NCBI GenBank assembly: GCA_030668875.1
Contig: DAOVER010000016.1
Span: forward strand, 34,098 to 66,097
Source of the DNA: Candidatus Heimdallarchaeota archaeon
GTDB taxonomy: Archaea > Asgardarchaeota > Heimdallarchaeia > Heimdallarchaeales > Heimdallarchaeaceae
Reading direction: 5' to 3'
Length of the DNA stretch: 32,000 bases
Shown here one piece after another: positions 19,237 through 27,896 of the stretch (positions are counted from its first letter, which is position 1; the number at the start of each line of letters is the position of its first letter). The notes below the pieces were generated by a model that made no database searches, was not told the DNA's origin, and saw only the letters and a program-made list of their open reading frames with translations. The translations under genes and the position numbers were made by a program.

Positions 19237-19346
19237 TAATTATACTTTTTGATTTAAATATAAAAATTCTCGTCTGTTATCTCCTGGTAACCATTGGAAT
19301 GTGACCCATAATGCAATCAGTATAACAAGCCAAACACAAACAACAG

Positions 19347-20219
19347 TTAACTCATTTTGAATATAGATAACTCAATTGAAATCAATATGCATGCGATAAT
19401 GAAAGAACTAATCACGGCTGACCACTTGTGTTCCTTAAGTTTCGTATGTGAAATTCTATCCAGAAATGTAAGCACCTTGTTATAAGTAAGTATTCGAACG
19501 ATCAAGAACAATAGTTGAAATACAGTCCCAATTGAAACAATAATCACATATTCAGGTATCGTACTTATGTAGAAAGATGATGAAACGATTAGAATTAGCA
19601 GAGTATATACAATATAAGTGAGATGAATTAACATAACTCTCCAAAAAGAATCTTTGGGAGATATATTTAGTAAAGGCCATACTAACCAGTTAAGTACAAA
19701 ACTAATTAAAATCAGTAGTGTAAAAATAACTCCTAGAATTACAGGATGTACACCCTTTTCCAAAAGACTTCCCCAATCATTAGGATTATCAAAAAAAGGT
19801 TTGAGGAATACACTGTAACCATTTAATCCTTCCATTAAATACGCAAAACTTGAGGTTAGTAAAAATGGGAGAAGATATTGATTTCTGAAAAACACAGAAT
19901 TAAAGTCATAATTGTCGTGGTAGCTATGCTGAAAATTGGTCCTGCTAAGGACACAAATACTTCATCTTGAGCTAGTAAAGGTGTTCCAGTATATGTCACC
20001 ATAAAAAGGGTTAACTTCAATCCTAACATCAGGATAACCCTTGACTATGAGCGCAAGAGCATGACCAGCTTCATGTAAGAGAATATAAAGGCTAATAGAG
20101 AAAAAAACGAACCAAAAAACAACAAGCTACTCTTCAAAGTATCTTTTTTTTGTGGCAAAATGATTCTTTAGAAAAATTTCTGTATTTGTCTCTGTTTCAC
20201 CTTTTTCTGTGTCATTCAT
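19347..20219 (-). pseudogene. M50-family (site-2-protease-like) membrane zinc metallopeptidase, broken by one nonsense codon and two frameshifts
   Basis: ATG 20219 frame: ...YFEE*(TAG)LVVFWFVFFSISLYILLHEAGHALAL...NPFYG. Second frame: TYTGTPLLAQDEVFVSLAGPIF. Third frame is track ORF 19347-19895 (NDW motif, TM helices). HExxH plus LAGP are M50 hallmarks. Confidence 0.8.
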
Positions 20220-20269
20220 ATAGATGCTTAAGTTAAAGCACTTATAAGATCTCTATTTTATAAACCAAA

Positions 20270-20327
20270 CCTTGCATTCAGTTCTCCTTCTTCGAGTTTC
20301 CTGACTATGTGAAAGGATTAGTGCAAT
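20270..20327 (+). repeat. 58-bp direct repeat, copy 1
   Basis: ccttgcattcagttctccttcttcgagtttcctgactatgtgaaaggattagtgcaat; 56/58 identical to 22352-22409. Confidence 0.95.
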
Positions 20328-20590
20328 ATGTCATTAGCAACAACATATAGGTGCTTGCAAAAAGTGTCAGAAATAAAATTGATAACCGCACATTACTTAA
20401 CAGAGAAACCAGGGCAAGTATTATAACGAATAGCAAAAGAGGGGAGTTCAATAATCATTAAATTGTATGAACTACTAGGAGGAAGCATGTTACCCCCATA
20501 TGTAGAAAGCAAACCTGTAGTTGAAACAGAGATCTAATGTTAAACATTGTTAGACAAAGTATATTAGGTCTTAAGATAAAATTATAGCTA

Positions 20591-22339
20591 ATGTTCTTCA
20601 GTAGCAAAATGAAGATTGGTTTAAAATCTATAATGTTCATAATATTTATTATTTCAATTCTATTTTCTTCTATAGTTTACTCGTCATTATATTCTGTGGA
20701 ACATAAACATGATAGTATACTAGCTCAAGTGTCATTAAAAGATTCCTTGATACTTGAAAATCATGATCCAATTATCATTAATAGTGATTCAAATTTAGAT
20801 GCTTCAGGATTTCCTGGGAATGGAAATTATGCTGATCCTTACATTATAGAAAATTTTCACATAGTTACAGATGATTATTATTCCATCTCAATTTCAAGCA
20901 CATCAAAATATATTACTATTAGAAGCTGTTATACTGAATCAAAAAATTCAGGAATAAAAATTGATGATACAGTGAGTTTAAACACAGTATTGATTGAAAA
21001 TAATGAATGTAGAAATAGTGTCTATGGAATTAAGATTCGATCTTCCTCTTCAATTATTCAAAATACATGTATTAATAATACCTATGGTATTTCAATTAAA
21101 ACTTCACCTAATTCAAAGGTTCATAATAATGAATGTTTAGAGAATAAAGTAATGGGAATAACAATTTCAGGTTCAACAAATTCTGAAGTAAAGAGCAATA
21201 TTTGTTCAAATAATAAAAGAGAAGATGGAATTCATATTGACGATTCTCCTAATACAAGAATAGAAGACAATATTTGTGAGAATAATGGCTATAATGGGAT
21301 TTGGCTTCGATTTTCTCACTCATCGATTATTTCCTACAATGAATTAACAAATAACGGGTTAACAATCTACGAAGATAATGTGGAGGATTATTTGTCTCAC
21401 ACCTTTGAAGGCAATAGCGTTAACAATAAAACTCTAGGATTTTTTGAATCCCAAAAGGATATCATACTAGATGAACCAATATATGGCCAAATATTCTTAA
21501 TAGATTGTGAAAATGTCATCGTGGAAAATCAAGAGATTTATGATGCTAGTATAGGAATTAAGGTTCTATATTCCAAGTTTGTAACGATTCGAAATAATAT
21601 CTGCAATAAAAATTCTTGGTATGCAGGAATATATATTGATCTCTCTATCGGGTGCAAAGTCATTGATAATGAGTGTTTGTACAATGAAATGACCGGCATA
21701 CGAATCGCATCTTCATTAGATACAACAATAGAAAATAATCTTGTTGTCTATAATAGGATTGGAATTTCTATTGCTTATTCCTTTTTTGCAACAATTATAG
21801 ATAATCAAATACTAAATAATTCTTTTTCGGGATTAAGCGCATATGAAATTAATTCTTCTTATATTTGGAATAATACCTGTTTCAGGAATGACGCAGGAAT
21901 AGCTATAGCTGCAACTTCAGATTGTGAAATTGTAGAGAATTTATTCTTAAACAACACATTACATGGTCTAAACTTAAGATACGAGACTTATAACAATACA
22001 GTACATCACAATGCGTTTGTTGATAACAATATCAATGAATATTCTCAAGCTAAAGATGACGGTGAAGGTAACTTATGGTATGAAGTGAGTTCTGAGGAAG
22101 GAAATTACTGGTCAAATATTGGACAAAATTATACTTATATGATAGCTGGGAAAGCAAATTCCACAGATCCTTATCCATTATATGAATCACCAATATCAAT
22201 TGAACTTCCAATACTACCTATTCCCCCAGTTATAGATACTGAAGAGGTAATTTTTCAATTCTATCCTATTTACGTAATAGGCTTATTGTTTGTGATCTAT
22301 ATATTCAGGAAAAGAAGAAAAAAATGCTGCATTGACTGA
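20591..22339 (+). CDS. NosD/parallel beta-helix repeat surface protein with signal peptide and C-terminal TM anchor
   Basis: HDPIIINSDSN...GNGNYADPYIIENF lead-in, many NNxC/IxxN repeats, GNYWSN...DPYPL, TM plus RKRRKK. Confidence 0.85.
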   Translation: MFFSSKMKIGLKSIMFIIFIISILFSSIVYSSLYSVEHKHDSILAQVSLKDSLILENHDPIIINSDSNLDASGFPGNGNYADPYIIENFHIVTDDYYSISISSTSKYITIRSCYTESKNSGIKIDDTVSLNTVLIENNECRNSVYGIKIRSSSSIIQNTCINNTYGISIKTSPNSKVHNNECLENKVMGITISGSTNSEVKSNICSNNKREDGIHIDDSPNTRIEDNICENNGYNGIWLRFSHSSIISYNELTNNGLTIYEDNVEDYLSHTFEGNSVNNKTLGFFESQKDIILDEPIYGQIFLIDCENVIVENQEIYDASIGIKVLYSKFVTIRNNICNKNSWYAGIYIDLSIGCKVIDNECLYNEMTGIRIASSLDTTIENNLVVYNRIGISIAYSFFATIIDNQILNNSFSGLSAYEINSSYIWNNTCFRNDAGIAIAATSDCEIVENLFLNNTLHGLNLRYETYNNTVHHNAFVDNNINEYSQAKDDGEGNLWYEVSSEEGNYWSNIGQNYTYMIAGKANSTDPYPLYESPISIELPILPIPPVIDTEEVIFQFYPIYVIGLLFVIYIFRKRRKKCCID

Positions 22340-22351
22340 CATTGACTCTAT

Positions 22352-22409
22352 CCTTGCATTCAGGTCTCCTTCTTCGAGTTTCCTGACTAAGTGAAAGGAT
22401 TAGTGCAAT
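22352..22409 (+). repeat. 58-bp direct repeat, copy 2
   Basis: ccttgcattcaggtctccttcttcgagtttcctgactaagtgaaaggattagtgcaat; 12 nt after the NosD stop codon. Confidence 0.95.
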
Positions 22410-22541
22410 CTATTCTTTTTACACTTTGCATACTTAATAACATTAAATCTCAAAAAATAACTCCTTAGGTAAACTAAAAGACATACTTTCATATACTCAA
22501 ATAAAATATTCATTTTTAATAAATATCTCAGAGGTTTAATC

Positions 22542-23498
22542 TTGTTAAAAGCAGAAAATGTGTCTAAGACCTATCCTATGAATGGTGTAAGAGCTTTAGA
22601 CAGTTTTTCTATCGATATTAAACCTGGAGAGATTATGGGGCTATTAGGGCCTAATGGTGCAGGTAAATCAACTTTTGTAAGAATTGCTGTTGGAGTTCTT
22701 GATAGAGATTCTGGTTCATTGTCAGTTTGCGGATGGGATTCTGATTCAGAGAGAAAGAAGATATCAAATTTAGTTTCATGGATTCCTCAAGAGGGAACTT
22801 CTAAGATGATTCTAAATAGAACTGGTCGAGAGAATATAATCTATTATTCTTGGATAAGAGGTATATCTAGAAAAGAAACAGAAAGAAGAATTGATGAGAT
22901 TCTTGAAAAATTAAACATTGAAAAAAAGATATTAAACAAAACCTACCGAATCATGAGTGGAGGACAAAAACAAATAACAAATATTATCAATGGTTTGATA
23001 ATGAATGCAAAATTATTATTTTGTGATGAGATATCAGTAAGTATTGATCCGATTATTACTAAGTCAATTTATGATTATCTCAAAGAATACACTTCTAATG
23101 GTCGTTCTGTTCTTCTTACATCACAAAATATATCAGAAGTGGAAAATCTTTCAGATAGAATAGCAATAATACAAACTGGAAAATTAGTGGCACTTGATAA
23201 ACCACGAGAAATTTCTAAAAAAATACTTAAATATGAAATCATCGACTTAAGTTTTGAAAATAGCGTTATAAAAGGTAAGGATTTTTCTAGTTTCAATTTA
23301 GAATTAGAACAACAAGACTATTTTCGATCAAAAGAGCTAAGTAATAATATTCTTCATATTAGATCCGATAACGCTAATAAATTGCTCAATTCTATCCTTG
23401 TTTTGCTAGAAAAATATTCCCTAAATCCTTCAATAGAATCTGGTAAAGCGAATCTTAGTGTAGCTCTTCAAATGCTGAAAAAGGAGGAGAAAAATTGA
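22542..23498 (+). CDS. ABC-2/DrrA-type exporter ATP-binding protein
   Basis: Walker A GPNGAGKST, signature MSGGQKQ, Walker B LLFCDEI, switch TSQN (Gln in place of His); SD GAGGT; TTG start. Confidence 0.92.
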   Translation: MLKAENVSKTYPMNGVRALDSFSIDIKPGEIMGLLGPNGAGKSTFVRIAVGVLDRDSGSLSVCGWDSDSERKKISNLVSWIPQEGTSKMILNRTGRENIIYYSWIRGISRKETERRIDEILEKLNIEKKILNKTYRIMSGGQKQITNIINGLIMNAKLLFCDEISVSIDPIITKSIYDYLKEYTSNGRSVLLTSQNISEVENLSDRIAIIQTGKLVALDKPREISKKILKYEIIDLSFENSVIKGKDFSSFNLELEQQDYFRSKELSNNILHIRSDNANKLLNSILVLLEKYSLNPSIESGKANLSVALQMLKKEEKN

Positions 23499-24337
23499 GG
23501 ACTTTCTATGCGAATTTCTGGAGAGAAATGAAATACAACCTTGGTCGAAGAGGTGTATGGATGGGAAGACTAGTAAATGTTACTGTCTCCATAATTACAG
23601 CATTCGCAATGGGGATTATTTATTCTTTTAGTGCTGAAGCTCAAACAACTGTAGGAATAGCAAATGTTGGCTTGTTTCTCTTAACTGGTTTTTTCTTACA
23701 GTATTTAGTTCTTTCAAGTGTTACAATAGCTCCTAATACTTTTTGGGGTGATATAAGAAGTGGATCTTTCGAATTCATCTTTCACTATGAATTTAGTATC
23801 TCTGAATATATTTTTGGAATTTACTTTGCTCAGTTTATTATAGACTTCGTTATTTCTTTGCCTTTTCTTATTGCAATTATTATCGTAGCAGCAGGACAAT
23901 CAACTCCAGCCATTCTCATCATCTCGTTTATTGGGTTCCTTATTTTTTCGTTCCTGTGTTTATTTTCTATTACAATGTTATACTCTTCTCTTTATGTTCT
24001 AAGTAAACAATTTATGGGTTATCATGGAGCTGTTACTTATATCGCTTATTTCATCTGTGGTGTCTATTTCCCTATTTTAGGATATCTTTCTCTCTTTGGA
24101 ACAAAAGCAGGATGGGCGATAATTGGTGTAATTTCTATTCTCCCATATACGCAAGTATTTGACATCGCTAGATACATTATTTTCGGTCAAAATTATGTTC
24201 TTGCTTATCCTACTCTATGGCTAGCTTTTCTAATCATGATTTCTACCTCAGTTATTTTCTATGTCTTATCACTAATCATATTCAGGAAAGGTTTCAAAAA
24301 TCTGAGAAAGGAAGGTTTCGCAGCTTACCGTTACTAA
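23495..24337 (+). CDS. ABC-2 type exporter permease
   Basis: About 6 TM, DIRSGSFEF motif, ICGVYFPI, SILPYTQVFDIARY; 4-nt overlap with the ATPase. Confidence 0.88.
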   Translation: MRTFYANFWREMKYNLGRRGVWMGRLVNVTVSIITAFAMGIIYSFSAEAQTTVGIANVGLFLLTGFFLQYLVLSSVTIAPNTFWGDIRSGSFEFIFHYEFSISEYIFGIYFAQFIIDFVISLPFLIAIIIVAAGQSTPAILIISFIGFLIFSFLCLFSITMLYSSLYVLSKQFMGYHGAVTYIAYFICGVYFPILGYLSLFGTKAGWAIIGVISILPYTQVFDIARYIIFGQNYVLAYPTLWLAFLIMISTSVIFYVLSLIIFRKGFKNLRKEGFAAYRY

Positions 24338-24408
24338 TTTTCTTACACAGAAAATTTAATATCAAGTTATACTACTTTCTAGAAAGAGTTGAATATCGAG
24401 GGAATAAA

Positions 24409-25509
24409 ATGAATAAGGAAGAACAACCAATAACTCCTACATTACCTTACGTTTTTCAAACCAAAGTTACTCAACAAGGCATTATAACAATCCCCTACAC
24501 TTTAAAATTAGATTTAGATAAGCATTATTTGTTCAATTTCCAACCTCTAAAAAGTGAAATCATATATTCCCAGGTTAAACAGATAAAACATTCAGGACAA
24601 AGACAATATGTTTCTTGTCGAATTAAATCTCCTTTCTTGCAAAAGGGAGATGAAGTAAAGATTACCATAATCAAGGAATTTAAAGCTTCATCAGAGCTTA
24701 CATTTGATGATGATGAAGAGTATTCTCTCTTGTTTAACCAATCTGTTCGATGTTTATTTCTGTACTCTTTTCAAGAGAAAGATGAAATCTTGACTGCAGA
24801 GGAAAGCAAAGACTTTCTATGTGAGTATCCAAATTTCACTCAACAGGAGTTTATCAAAAACTCCCTTGATTTGCTTAGCAAGAAAAACATTTTATTTGAA
24901 AAAGAAGAAGGAGAATTCTTTGATATATTACGTTTTCAAAATTATGCTGTAATTAGGTTTGTTGGAACGAAAAGATTATTGAGTTTTGATATCCTTCAGC
25001 AAAAACCCTCAGAAGAGGCAAAAATTGCCTATGAAACACATATTCCATTTGTCTTCCTTGTTCTAACAAAGATTGATTACCTTCAATTTTTACTCTCTCA
25101 ACATATTAGAACTAGATTCAAACTCTTTCTAGATAAATTTCAAAGTGTATCATCATATCTACCTTATGTGATTAAGGAGTTTTCTTCACTTCTACAGAGT
25201 GAAATATTTGAGATAATGACCAAGGCTGATGATAGTATAAGAAAATTTAACAGTCTTGATGATGTGAGATTCTGGTTCTTTATACCTGCTGAATATCATG
25301 ATCTAATCAAAAAAATCCAGATGGATTTTTACTCAGGAAAGAAATTTGTAATAATAAACGAATTGATAGAATCAATTAAAACTAAAGATGGAAATCTTGA
25401 AGCAAAGCAACTCGTAGTTAATGCAATAGAATGGTTGTATAGGCACCAAGTGATAAATGTAAGAGAGATGGATGGAGAGAAAATAGTGGAGATGTATAAG
25501 ATTGAATAA
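24409..25509 (+). CDS. Hypothetical protein: N-terminal AbrB/swapped-hairpin-like domain plus probable winged-helix domains
   Basis: FQTKVTQQGIITIPYTLK and LQKGDEVKITI match the AbrB pattern; helix-helix-hairpin segments SLDLLSKKNILFEKE and AIEWLYRHQVINVRE. ATG 24409 preferred because the track start 24217 lies inside the permease. Confidence 0.55.
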   Translation: MNKEEQPITPTLPYVFQTKVTQQGIITIPYTLKLDLDKHYLFNFQPLKSEIIYSQVKQIKHSGQRQYVSCRIKSPFLQKGDEVKITIIKEFKASSELTFDDDEEYSLLFNQSVRCLFLYSFQEKDEILTAEESKDFLCEYPNFTQQEFIKNSLDLLSKKNILFEKEEGEFFDILRFQNYAVIRFVGTKRLLSFDILQQKPSEEAKIAYETHIPFVFLVLTKIDYLQFLLSQHIRTRFKLFLDKFQSVSSYLPYVIKEFSSLLQSEIFEIMTKADDSIRKFNSLDDVRFWFFIPAEYHDLIKKIQMDFYSGKKFVIINELIESIKTKDGNLEAKQLVVNAIEWLYRHQVINVREMDGEKIVEMYKIE

Positions 25510-26308
25510 ACAATATAAAAAATTAAATTCTCATGTTATTAGCTTCTATTCATATAGAGGTGGAACAGGAAAATCAACCGTCGCGTCGAACCTTGCTACA
25601 GTCTCTGCAAAAAAACACAAAACAATTCTCGTAGATTTAGATCTCTATTCTCCTCAACTAACATACATCTTTGAGAAAACAAGCAAGAATTACATCAATG
25701 ATTATCTGCACTCCTCGCTCTTCACATCTAAACATGCTAGAAATAGAATTGAAAGCTTAGATGAGGTGATTTGTGAAAGCTCGTTTGAAAACCTTGATCT
25801 TATATTAGCAAACCCTAAGATGTCTCTCACTGATAACACAATTTTGCATGATGAAGTAATTACAAAAAAAGTTTTTCCTTGCTTCCAACATATGATAGAA
25901 TTACTCAAAACCCAATATGAAGTAATAATCCTAGATTGCCCTGGAGAATTGAATTACTATACACTTAATGGAATAGCTGTAGCAGATAGAGCGGTAGCAG
26001 TAAGTATACCCACCATAGCTAATGTAAAGGGAATGATAGAATTATTGAAAATTTTTAGTTCTGCACTTCAAGGTAAAAAAACTGATATCATTCTGATGAT
26101 GATAACTCCAAGACCTTCAAAAAAGAAAATAGAGAAATTAGTAGAATGGAAACAAGAACTCGAAAAATTTGAAGTGGAAAATTATCTTTGTTTTGATTAT
26201 TCAGAAAACATTGCTTATAGACATCAATTTGAAGATGACTTCTTTTATCTCCCAGAAGAGGAGGAGTATCAGAAATTGGAAGAATACCTGACTGCAATTC
26301 TGAAGTGA
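25502..26308 (+). CDS. MinD/ParA family ATPase
   Basis: Deviant Walker A variant SYRGGTGKST, LVDLDLYSP, IILDCPG, ADRAVAV; overlaps both neighbours. Confidence 0.88.
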   Translation: MNKQYKKLNSHVISFYSYRGGTGKSTVASNLATVSAKKHKTILVDLDLYSPQLTYIFEKTSKNYINDYLHSSLFTSKHARNRIESLDEVICESSFENLDLILANPKMSLTDNTILHDEVITKKVFPCFQHMIELLKTQYEVIILDCPGELNYYTLNGIAVADRAVAVSIPTIANVKGMIELLKIFSSALQGKKTDIILMMITPRPSKKKIEKLVEWKQELEKFEVENYLCFDYSENIAYRHQFEDDFFYLPEEEEYQKLEEYLTAILK

Positions 26309-27627
26309 CTAACATGGAACTCAAAACTCTGCTTTCGGTAAAGAAAAAGGATAAATGGATACATTATAATCTGATAAACCAAACAATGGTAAAAACTTCT
26401 CTTTCTCCAACAGAGTTAGATAGATCTCCTTCAGATATCAAAGAAGAGCTGTTGTATGGTACAGATAAAGAAATGCTAATAGAATCTCACAAGCTATATT
26501 ATCAAAAAATAAAGAAGGAAATGATGAAGAAAAGAGAGTTGAATTCTCCTTTTCTATCAAGAAGTGAAGTTAATCTAACTCTATGGTATGATTGTAACTT
26601 TGATTGTCCATATTGTTACCAACAAGAAGAATATTATGCTGGAGCAAAAGAAAGCGATAAAATCAATATAGAGAAGACCTTAGAATTCTTTAGAAATAAA
26701 TCAAAAAATGATGAATTTCCTCCAAAAACTGTTGTTTTCATAGGAGGTGAACCTTTACTAAAAGGTAAGAGAAATAGAGATACTATAATAACACTAATGG
26801 GATATCTCAATGAACACTTTCCTGGAATTGAAATACACGTCATCTCAAATGGTTATCTTTTAGGTGAGTATGCTGAAACCCTTTCTAAATTCAAGGATTT
26901 GAATTTCGTATTGACAATTACTCTGGGTTCTACAAGAAAAAACCACAAGTATGAAAGAATTCTCAAAACCAATAATTCAGTAGATACTTTTGAGCAAATC
27001 TTCGTAGGTATGAAGGAATTCAGAAAAAAAATTCCTAAGGGTTGGATTAATATTAGAATGAATTTTGCAAAGGATTACAGAGAAGTAGATGATACAAAGG
27101 AATTGATGTATCTGATTAAAAAAGAAATACCAGATGTAAGATTTGAACTCTCTCCAGTAGTTTCATTTTCGAATCATCAAGAAATTGGCTTAGGGTTTTT
27201 CAAATTGCTTAAGGATTTAATGTCAAATGAGGTTTTTTCTAAGTCCTTCGTAATGAAACTAAATGACAATCTATACTTCTTACTACGCAATTCAATTCCA
27301 CAACTAGAAAATAAGGAAATTTCATCAAAACCAAAAATATGCAATGCAGTTTCTTTTACAACAAACTATGATTTGTTCTCAGACTTCCAAATTCAACCTT
27401 GTGAGGATTTTAGATATTATAAGAGAATAGATGTGGATGATTTGAAAATATCAGATCTCTTCTTAGAATCTCTTGATAAGAGAGTAGAGCAATGTATAGA
27501 TTGCCCTTTTTTTGTAGGTTGTATTTCAAATCCATGTAAAATAATAAAAAGAAAAACTATAGCGAAAAAAGTATGCTATGAAAAAGAATTATTACCACTC
27601 TTTCAAATAATTGAAGAATTTTATTGA
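26305..27627 (+). CDS. Radical SAM/SPASM-domain enzyme, putative peptide maturase
   Basis: CNFDCPYC (CxxxCxxC), FIGGEPLL, ISNG; seven C-terminal Cys (KIC..QPC..CIDCPFFVGCISNPC..KVC) in SPASM spacing; about 85-aa N-terminal extension resembling an RRE. Confidence 0.88.
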   Translation: MTNMELKTLLSVKKKDKWIHYNLINQTMVKTSLSPTELDRSPSDIKEELLYGTDKEMLIESHKLYYQKIKKEMMKKRELNSPFLSRSEVNLTLWYDCNFDCPYCYQQEEYYAGAKESDKINIEKTLEFFRNKSKNDEFPPKTVVFIGGEPLLKGKRNRDTIITLMGYLNEHFPGIEIHVISNGYLLGEYAETLSKFKDLNFVLTITLGSTRKNHKYERILKTNNSVDTFEQIFVGMKEFRKKIPKGWINIRMNFAKDYREVDDTKELMYLIKKEIPDVRFELSPVVSFSNHQEIGLGFFKLLKDLMSNEVFSKSFVMKLNDNLYFLLRNSIPQLENKEISSKPKICNAVSFTTNYDLFSDFQIQPCEDFRYYKRIDVDDLKISDLFLESLDKRVEQCIDCPFFVGCISNPCKIIKRKTIAKKVCYEKELLPLFQIIEEFY

Positions 27628-27682
27628 ACTATAAAAGGGAATATATTTAAAAGAGCGAGTGTCATTAATGTAACAAGGTGCT

Positions 27683-27871
27683 ATGATGGGAAGAAAAGAT
27701 AAGAAAACAGAAGAAAACACAGCATTTGAAGTGCTTTTACGAAATACCAGTGGTGTAAACCCTGGTATTGAAACAGTTTATGATCCTCCAGGTGATCTGC
27801 CAGGAAATTGTAACCAATCTACAGCAAATCTTTCTGTTCGATCCTCAGTCTGTGATATTTTACTGATGTAA
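27683..27871 (+). CDS. 62-aa peptide, candidate RiPP precursor
   Basis: Strong SD AGGTG (27676-27680); 55 nt after the rSAM gene; charged N-terminal leader-like part and a Pro/Gly/Asn/Ser-rich C-terminal part with Cys43 and Cys57. Confidence 0.65.
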   Translation: MMGRKDKKTEENTAFEVLLRNTSGVNPGIETVYDPPGDLPGNCNQSTANLSVRSSVCDILLM

Positions 27872-27896
27872 TAAGGTGGTACTATGAGGAGAATTG

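Noticed and set aside
20124-20132. In-frame TAG in the M50 gene as pyrrolysine
   Set aside because: Two additional frameshifts in the same gene indicate decay; no pyl genes seen
20295-20320. ctgacta.gtgaaa as a hammerhead ribozyme core
   Set aside because: Does not match CUGANGA, and the required stem arrangement around GAAA/UH could not be built
22310-22339. NosD tail RKRRKKCCID as a polybasic plus CCxx lipidation motif
   Set aside because: A basic tail after a TM helix is the ordinary stop-transfer signal; the last residues abut the repeat junction and may be incidental; no supporting enzyme here
20270-22409. 58-bp repeats as integron attC sites or CRISPR repeats
   Set aside because: No RYYYAAC/GTTRRRY core boxes found on either strand; only two copies 2 kb apart, with no spacer periodicity and no cas or integrase genes in the window
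23130-23150. ABC ATPase His-to-Gln switch (TSQN) as evidence of inactivation
   Set aside because: Gln at this position is a known variant in DrrA-type exporters and all other motifs are intact
24217-24408. 64-aa N-terminal extension of the 430-aa track ORF
   Set aside because: Overlaps the permease by 121 nt in another frame; ATG 24409 gives a clean start just before the AbrB-like motif
27850-27871. Peptide C-terminus CDILLM as a CaaX prenylation signal
   Set aside because: Cys is sixth from the end, not fourth
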